In this document: one piece after another, positions 47,761 through 64,000 of the stretch
Numbering within the stretch: the first letter of the stretch is position 1
Layout of the letters: every line of letters starts with the position of its first letter
Origin: Lingula anatina
Lineage: Eukaryota > Animalia > Brachiopoda
Length of the DNA: 64,000 nucleotides
Assembly: GCA_051362555.1 (NCBI GenBank)
Contig: CM120641.1
Span: 27,658,401 to 27,722,400, forward strand
Reading direction: 5' to 3'
Position numbers and translations under genes: made by a program
The notes under the pieces: generated by a model
What the model was told of the DNA's origin: nothing
The model's database searches: none
The model's input: only the letters and a program-made list of their open reading frames with translations

Positions 47761-50123
47761 ATGCACACAACCTGGCTATCTTTAATCACCTTATTGTTGG
47801 TGATGCCAAACGCACTTCGGTCCCAGTCAGTTCCTTACGACGTTGGTCAGACTGAAATCATCCTCCCTATTGATGCCTCCACTAGCGTGAAAGGAACGCG
47901 CTCGAGCGTGCTAGGCGATTCGGTGGATTCCTTCTTAGGCATCCCTTTCGCTCAACCACCAGTTGGTGACATGCGCTACAAGCGCCCAGTGCCCTACACC
48001 GGCCCTTCCTGGACGGGAGAATTTGACGCAACTAGACAGCCCAACTCTTGTCCACAAACCTTAGACAACGAATTTGGCCGTCACCCCGGAGTGGAGATGT
48101 GGAACGCAAACACCAAGCTGGACGAGGACTGTCTGTATCTGAACATTTGGGTCCCTTTTCCTAAAAGTTCTGAGAAATTCGCGGTAATGATCTGGATATA
48201 TGGCGGTAGCTTCATGACGGGCACAAGTACCTTGGCTGTCTATGATGGTCGCACACTCGCTGCAAAAACTAAGGTGATCGTTGTATCTCTGCAGTATAGG
48301 TTAGGTCCCCTTGGCTTTGCTTATCTTGGGACCGATGACATTCCCGGTAACGTTGGCTTACTGGACCAGCAAGCTGCTATACAGTGGGTGTACAACAACA
48401 TAGAGCATTTTGGTGGAGACAAAGATAGAATCACTCTCTTCGGTGAAAGTGCTGGGTCGGTGAGTGTGTCATATCATATGCTGTCACAAAAAAGCTGGCC
48501 TTACTTCAACAGAGCGATACTGCAAAGTGGTTCCGCTTCTGCCATATGGGCCTACCAATCTCCCGATGTGGCAAAACGAAAGACCATCAAATTTGCCGAA
48601 ATAGTTGGATGCAAAACAAAAGGAGTTACACTTGAAGCAATCTCAAAATGTTTGATAAGCAAAGATAAAACAGATATTGTTAATCACCAATGGGATTTGG
48701 TCAACATGTATTTCGACGTTCCTATGGCTCCAACACTGGATGGTTATTTTATTAATGAACCTCCCATGGAATCGATAAAGAAGAAAAAGATCAAAAATGC
48801 GGATCTCTTGGCCGGAGGGAATCGGGATGAAGGGATGTATTTCCTTCTATATGGCTTGCCAAAATATTTCAATTTAAAGAACGAAAACCCTTTAAACCGA
48901 GAGGAATTTCTACGAGTGCTGGACAGAGTTGCTCCTACCAACGTGACTTTAGTACACGAAGCCGTTGTTTTTCAATATGAAAAGTCTGTCGCGCAACATA
49001 GTTCCAATAAATATAGGGACATTCTTGATGATATTGCTGGGGACACCAATTTTGTCTGTCCGACTGTCGATTTTGTTCAAGCGGCATACAGAGACGAAAA
49101 GCAAACTTTCATGTATCATTTTAAACACCGTAGTAATAACAATCCGTGGCCGGAGTGGATGGGAGTTTTACATGGATACGAAATAGAATTTGTCTTTGGA
49201 GACCCATTGAACAAATCGCTGAACTACACGGCAGAAGATCTAGATATAAGCCGACGAATGATGGTGTATTGGAGCAATTTTGCAAAATCTGGGTAATTGT
49301 CTTTTATGACAGGAAAAAATGAATGACAAGAAATGCAATAGAAACTAAACGAGAATGTAACAAATAAGATATTTTTATTCCTTTAAAAGTCATTTGTGTA
49401 AATTAGTGTTTATTTGGTCTGCGTTCTTTTTTTATCTGTCGCCTTTCTTTATTCGGCATTTTTTTGTTTTTTAGGAATCCTAACCGAGGAGAATCTGTCT
49501 CTAAAGAATGGCCTAGGTATACTCCCTCCAAAAGAGAATATTTTGTGCTAGACACCACGCCAGGAAGAACAGAGTACGGACTGCGCCACCGTTATTGCTC
49601 TTTTTGGAAAGAATTAGTACCCGAAATGTATTCATATGCAGGTATGTGCTAGACTGGCAATCATGTGGTCACTTATTACCTTGGTGCACGTTTATTCATT
49701 ATAATATTAACCCATTTGATGTTTAAGAAATGTGTTTAAAGATTGATTACGATCAAATTAGAAAGAAACCAATTGCGTCCTTTTCATATGAATTGCCCTG
49801 CAATGAGCTAAAATTATTTTCCTTCTTAAGCTGGTACTTTTATCTCTAAGCGTCATACGGAAAAGATCATTCAAGTACTTTCCGTCAAAAGAACTGTTTA
49901 CTATTAAACCTTTTTATGTAGAGATTATCTGTTTGGATTAGCTATGTCTGAACTTTGTCAAATAAATGATTTTGGGTCTTTAATGTATAATTTGTGCTTT
50001 CTTATTTTTACAGAGCGAGTTAGAGGGGTATGTGGTATCTCCAGTGGTGTGTTTCATTCCAGTTCTGATTATTTACTGATGATGACTGCCATTGCCTGTG
50101 TTCTGTTGTACGGTTTTCGTTAA
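47761..50123 (+). CDS. ache: Acetylcholinesterase/cholinesterase, 602 aa, predicted GPI-anchored
   Basis: Exons 47761-49292, 49475-49641 and 50014-50123 are in frame (1809 nt). Signal peptide, LGIPFAQPP, EMWNAN (choline-site Trp), EDCLYLNIW, FGESAG (Ser), NRDEG (Glu), GVLHGYEI (His), WSNFAKSGNPN, CSFW and a hydrophobic C-terminal tail. Confidence 0.95.
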
Positions 50124-53100
50124 TTCTCTGTTTTTAGTTCTCTCATTTTGCTAGTTATACATAGGACCTGTTTCTTTGATTAACGTTACCGTTATTATTA
50201 GTGTAATGAAACGGTATCTACAGTGATACAACATATAGCTATTTGCCGAACAAGTATTAATTCATGAGTAGGAGTAAACAGGTTATTCCCTGTATCTCAG
50301 TAATGATGAAAAGATGCCAAGGCTCGAGCGGTATACTTTAGTGATGCAGTCTGTATCGGTACACTTTAAGAGACTGGCAACTTAATAGCCTTGCTATTAC
50401 ATTAGAGAGTCACATAAACGAAGCCAACGCTCTCGACTCGGCCAATGTATTAAACTAAACAACAGGAAGCGAACTTGTGAAGGAATTATAGTGTATTTAC
50501 ATGGTGGGACTTCTTTACGTACACTGGTAGGCCCTACTGCCTGTACCGCTAAAATATACCGCTCGATGTGAAAAAGGCCTATTTTGAAGCCACTCTTGGT
50601 CGGATCTTGAAAGTATACATCGGTTGGATGGCTTGGACCGCATTCCCGGATCGATCAACTCTGCGAGGATTCTCGCTAAGAGCAATCAGCAGATTCAGCT
50701 TAATTGTCTTCCACGCTTCCTCGAGCAGCTGGGGAGTAATTAAGTCAAGCGTTAAAGTAGTTTAATTGCGCTCTAGGTGCTGGGGGAGGTGTGTCATTTA
50801 GTTAAACTGATTGTACTTAACGAGAGCCCCCGCAGAGTTGGACTGATCCTCCTAGGCCGTTGTGTCTATCGGAATGATCCCCTTGTGGGTGTTAACAACG
50901 TGTGATTCGAGACAGAACCATTTCAATTTACCTCTATGACGAATTGTCAAACCTGCAGATATATAATGATGGATTGCTTAAATGCATTGTTATTAGTTTA
51001 TGGCGGCATGTAGGCCTTTAATTGCTTTTGATAATCAAAAGCCGTGATCAAATGTTTTTTAATTGCCATTATATGCAGATTTTTTCAAAAATAGTGAAAA
51101 GAATATTTTTCTGATAAAGCATGTGTTCAATCAAATCTCATGCCCTTCTTATAGAAGAAAAAGCAGAAAAGTCCGTATTTTCCTGTCCATCCCAGAAAAA
51201 AAGATAAATACTCAACAAGAAGTTTATACTTATTTCAGATACAAGCATCTCGCAGTAAGAACTGTCAGATAATTGAACCTATTTTGCAATCGACATATTT
51301 CATTTGGCAGATTCTGGAATGGGGTTTGAAAGGTTCATCTTAACTCCTAGGTGTCGTAATTACTTCACTGCCAACTGATCGAGGTTCAGTGCCGTGAGCT
51401 AGGCACTGATGAGGCCCTCCTGTGCAGAAAATTTTCTTCTGTTATCCTTATTTCCCACAATCAAACTTAAAGCCCTCGGCGTATTTTTACGACATTTAAG
51501 TTGCCTGTTAGATGGAAGGGGGGGGGGGGGGGGCGTATTATGTTCTGTGTATAATGTACAGGTCTAGCAGTGGCGGGCCCATGAAATGTACTAGGGTGTA
51601 TCAAATCTAGAATTAGTTTTAGGATTGCAAGAGTTGATGTTGCCAAAGCCTTTATGGGTCTGCCTCCATATGCCGATGGCTTTGGCGGGGCATCTCCTTA
51701 AATCGTACTTGTTTTGAAATAGAACCATGATTGCCAATCATTCAATACTATAGCATTCTCGTTGCATTAGTTAAATTTGTTTTAAGTTAATATGCCACGT
51801 TTGCATATTATATCCCCTACATTTTCTGCACATATATTTTTGGCGTATACGGAATCTGTGAACAATAGGGTGAACAATAGCATACGCAATGTTCGAGTCT
51901 ATTTAAATTGAGCTTTTATACCTGTAAATCTATGGCAAAACCACTTTCTTGTGACCTTTAAACGTTTTCCCCAAAGTATTGAATTTAAATGGGTATGTAT
52001 TAAATGTCACATAGACTGTGAGAAATGTTATAACGGTTGTTATATTTAGAGTGTATTTTCAGGCAGCGTCGTAGCACGTGTAGACTACTATGCAAAAAGA
52101 AATAGTGTGAGAGTGTACTATGCAAAAAGAAGTGGTGTGAGAGTGTGTAAAGGTCTTTATTTATTTGATATCAAAATCCACTGATGCAAGTGGTAGTCAC
52201 AGAGTGATCATGATTGTTTTATATATGTGTTAATTCAACTTAGGTTTTTCCCCCTTTTATGAACACACGTGCTGTGTTGACTGTTACACGTGATTTTGCA
52301 CGGGCTTCCAACTACTCAGGTGGCAAATGTTTTTACCTATGTACATACACTTTGTGGTCGGATGAATTTAGGACTGTACAAAATGTATTTTTGTTGTATA
52401 GACGAGCATAGCTATTGTATATTTTGTAAGATGCCAATAAAATAAAAGGCATGTCACTGAAAGTGTTGTTGCATTTAGAAAAAATAATAATAATGTATTG
52501 CAAATATATCTTGTTTGCATTTGTCCCAATACAGACAATAGCGTGTCTCGTAATAGGCCTATCTTTATAAACAGAGCTGACAATTTAATGAAGAGTAGTT
52601 TTAATGATAGGGCCCCTATTTATTCATTGTTTAAATCATATCTGCCCCTTTTTTACGTGTGTACAGTTCTATTAGCTGAAAATCAAGAAAAAATCAATAT
52701 CCTCTTTATTCAGGAATAGTCATTAATTATATAAAAACAGAGGCTATTAAACTGTCTAACCAGCTTGATTCCCTTGTCATCTATAAATTCGTGCCTATAG
52801 GGCCGATATATAGGTCTAGTCCCTAAATCTGATCCCAGCTATGACATTTTTGTTGGCTACATTTTTTCAAAATATGTTTCAAATATAGTTAAGTGAAAGA
52901 AAGAAGGCAAAAAGAATTGGGGAAGCAAACTGTACTGATGGTTATATGTTTTTCACGGCTCTGTACTTTATCTTGGACGCACCTTATGTTGGGTATTGTT
53001 GACTGTAATGGGGGCTACGTCTCAACTGACGTCATCCTGAGGACAAGTGTGCTGATTTTCATCGTGAAACGGATTTTACCAGACCCTGTGGTATAGGATT

Positions 53101-53905
53101 ATTTATATCAGTCAAAATTGAGTGAAATGTAGGCTACCCGAGTAGGAAATGCTTGATCCTTTTTTACATTGAATTCTCGAATATTTCATCAAAGTCGAAA
53201 GGCGTTACCACCCTTGAAATCTGATTAAAAATGCATACAAACGACACACTTTGAAAAATGTTGTTGTTAGCTCCAATGAAATAACGAAAAACAAAAACAT
53301 GTCTTTTTACATTATATTCATGGAAAATGTGGTTGCGGTTCCGACAAGCAAAATTTTGATAAGGAGTGGCCTAAATTTACCGCTATCTATCACACATAAC
53401 GCAATCAGGCAACTTCAAATGTGCTAGGTGTGTAGGTCTGTGCGACACCTGTGAAACTTAACCTTATTGTTTAAGCGTTTTATTAAAAGAATTTCAGTGG
53501 ACGCTATTATGAATCAAAGCTTCCAACCTTACACTGAATGATAACATCGAAGATATATTTATCAACCTATTTGAAATATTTCTGTTTTTATATTGTCGTA
53601 ATCGTATCGTAAATGGGTTCTCCCGCCATTGAAAGAAAATGGCAGCCTTGTGATCAGACAGCTCAAAAATTTGCTTTATACTTAAAAACGCATGCCATAT
53701 GAACTAGATAAAGAAAAAGACTTGTTCATTTGCAAGTTTGGATATATTTTTGATACTGTTATTGTTGTGAAACAAGAAGCTCTTCAAAGAAAGACATTTG
53801 CCGTTTTGACACGCTGCATCAGCCGGCCTCCACATTGTTTCTTGTGGCGCGAGGACAAAACCAGGATAAAGATTCAAGAATAAAACGACACGAAAGAACT
53901 TCAAA

Positions 53906-62419
<8,514 letters not shown>

Positions 62420-64000
62420 CATGTGTATATTTAAATTGAATTTCATTGAGATTAATGGCACATATTTAATACATAAAATTCTTAAGACATAAGGCTGTGT
62501 ACATATTAGTACTAGCTGAAAGTTGTTTTTGTCCAACAGACAGTCGATGATAGAAAATCTGAAAGACAAAGCTTCTAAACGCTGAACAGTAATGATGCGC
62601 AGAATTGCCATGTATGTCATTTGATGCCTTTATTACCTGTCTGTATTGGGGGTTAATGTAAAATGTAGTCTTAGATTTAGTTTCGTGATTGTTTCCTGTC
62701 TGGCTAGTTTGCCACTAATGATACTTGTGTTCATTCTTCAATTGGTCTCATCTTGAATCTTTACCCTGATTATCATTAAATATATCACTGCTTACAAGCT
62801 TGACTGTAATAGTTAGACAAATCTTAAATGCTGGTGCGTAAGGGACGGACTTGGCGCTCAATATCGATTTTTTGATGAAAATTTTAATTCAAATCAACCA
62901 GGAGGGTCTTTATTTTCTCGCATGCTTATTATTGTATTCAGTTCAGTAGGAAACTTCAAGGAGCCTTGGAATAAAAATAATTGTACATACTTGCTTCTAA
63001 TTTGTGAAGTGCACAATATGAAACCAATTATACTGTGTAGAATTCGATTAAAAAGAGAATTTTAGTTTTGTATAAATCAGTTAACTAGATCGATACAAAT
63101 CAAATAAGTTTGTATGCAAATGACAGTTAAGTAGCACTTCTCAAAATGTATACTGTGTAAGCATGTAAATTGTTAGCATGGTATAGATAAAACAGTTGTA
63201 TTAATCAATTGGCATTTTCAATAATAAATGCCCATGAGAAATTCTCTGAATCCAGCTGTTTTGGTCAATTCAGATTGTTGAAAGCTCTCTCTAATGCTAT
63301 AGAAAACTGCGTATTTTCATGACTTCAACAAATGGAAAAAAACTAGGAATAATACAAAATGTAAGACAATACCAGACGATACTTTATTTACACGGTATTA
63401 CATTTTACATTAATAATGCATCCCAAGGTTACCTGGGAGATTTTAGAAAGCAGTGAGGAAAATACAACCTTGCCATATGTATGATGCTGGAAACAAACTT
63501 GATACTATACTTTGTGTGCATAGTATCCAAAACAATCCAAATGCATATTGAAAAGCATATAATTGCATAACACAATATATAATTTCAATTACTTTTTCTC
63601 CATTTAGAGTATTTTTGATTTTATCCGAATACATTTAGATATGATAAACAACTATGCCAAGACAAAGTTTTAAATGAATTTTCATGTTCTATTTTTATAA
63701 GTAAAAAAAAAAATAATAATTGTGACACTGTGCAAATGAACAACTTGCAGTTGAATAGTAAATTAAACATTACCACTATATTTAACGTCCATTTACCAAC
63801 AAATCCTAGTTTGAAGAATCCATATCGCAGGAAATCGCACAAACAAGAACCTAGAAATTTATATTCTGCCCAATAGCTGGAACCATGCATCGGCTAACAA
63901 GTTACCTGGTTTTCTGCTCATTCTTTGTAAACAAACAAATAAACAAAAGCCATACACATTATATCTTATATAAAAATGAACTTCATTTCAATTTATTACA

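Noticed and set aside
50568-50765. Trp-containing ORF as an alternative AChE-T tetramerisation exon
   Set aside because: It lacks the WAT-domain aromatic spacing and a convincing in-phase acceptor; more likely 3' UTR.
63380-64000. Possible 3' end of a convergent minus-strand gene
   Set aside because: Only a polyA-like motif and low-complexity ORFs are visible; no recognisable coding exon lies in the window.

Overview
AT-rich, intron-rich genomic DNA from an invertebrate animal (probably a lophotrochozoan; this is inference). Six protein-coding genes were assembled by hand. (1) A signal-peptide protein built from a tandem super-repeat with ependymin/LolA-like character (minus, 7506 to beyond base 1). 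(2) TXNL1 (minus, 9 exons, 289 aa), whose intron 7 is 14.1 kb. (3) A small 3-exon gene for a secreted single Link (Xlink) module, nested antisense inside that intron and absent from the ORF track. (4) AP-4 epsilon (AP4E1), head-to-head with TXNL1, with a U12 AT-AC intron and apparently no ear domain. (5) A predicted GPI-anchored acetylcholinesterase with Ser and Val at the positions of the insecticide-resistance mutations G119S and F290V. (6) A PWWP plus integrase-binding-domain HDGFL2/PSIP1-like gene. Most of TXNL1 intron 7 is a ~10.6-kb DINE-1/Helentron-like compound insertion that landed inside the polypyrimidine tract and carries nested DNA transposons and tandem arrays. Many MITEs are present, several right next to splice sites. 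Exon coordinates were read by eye and may be off by a few bases.
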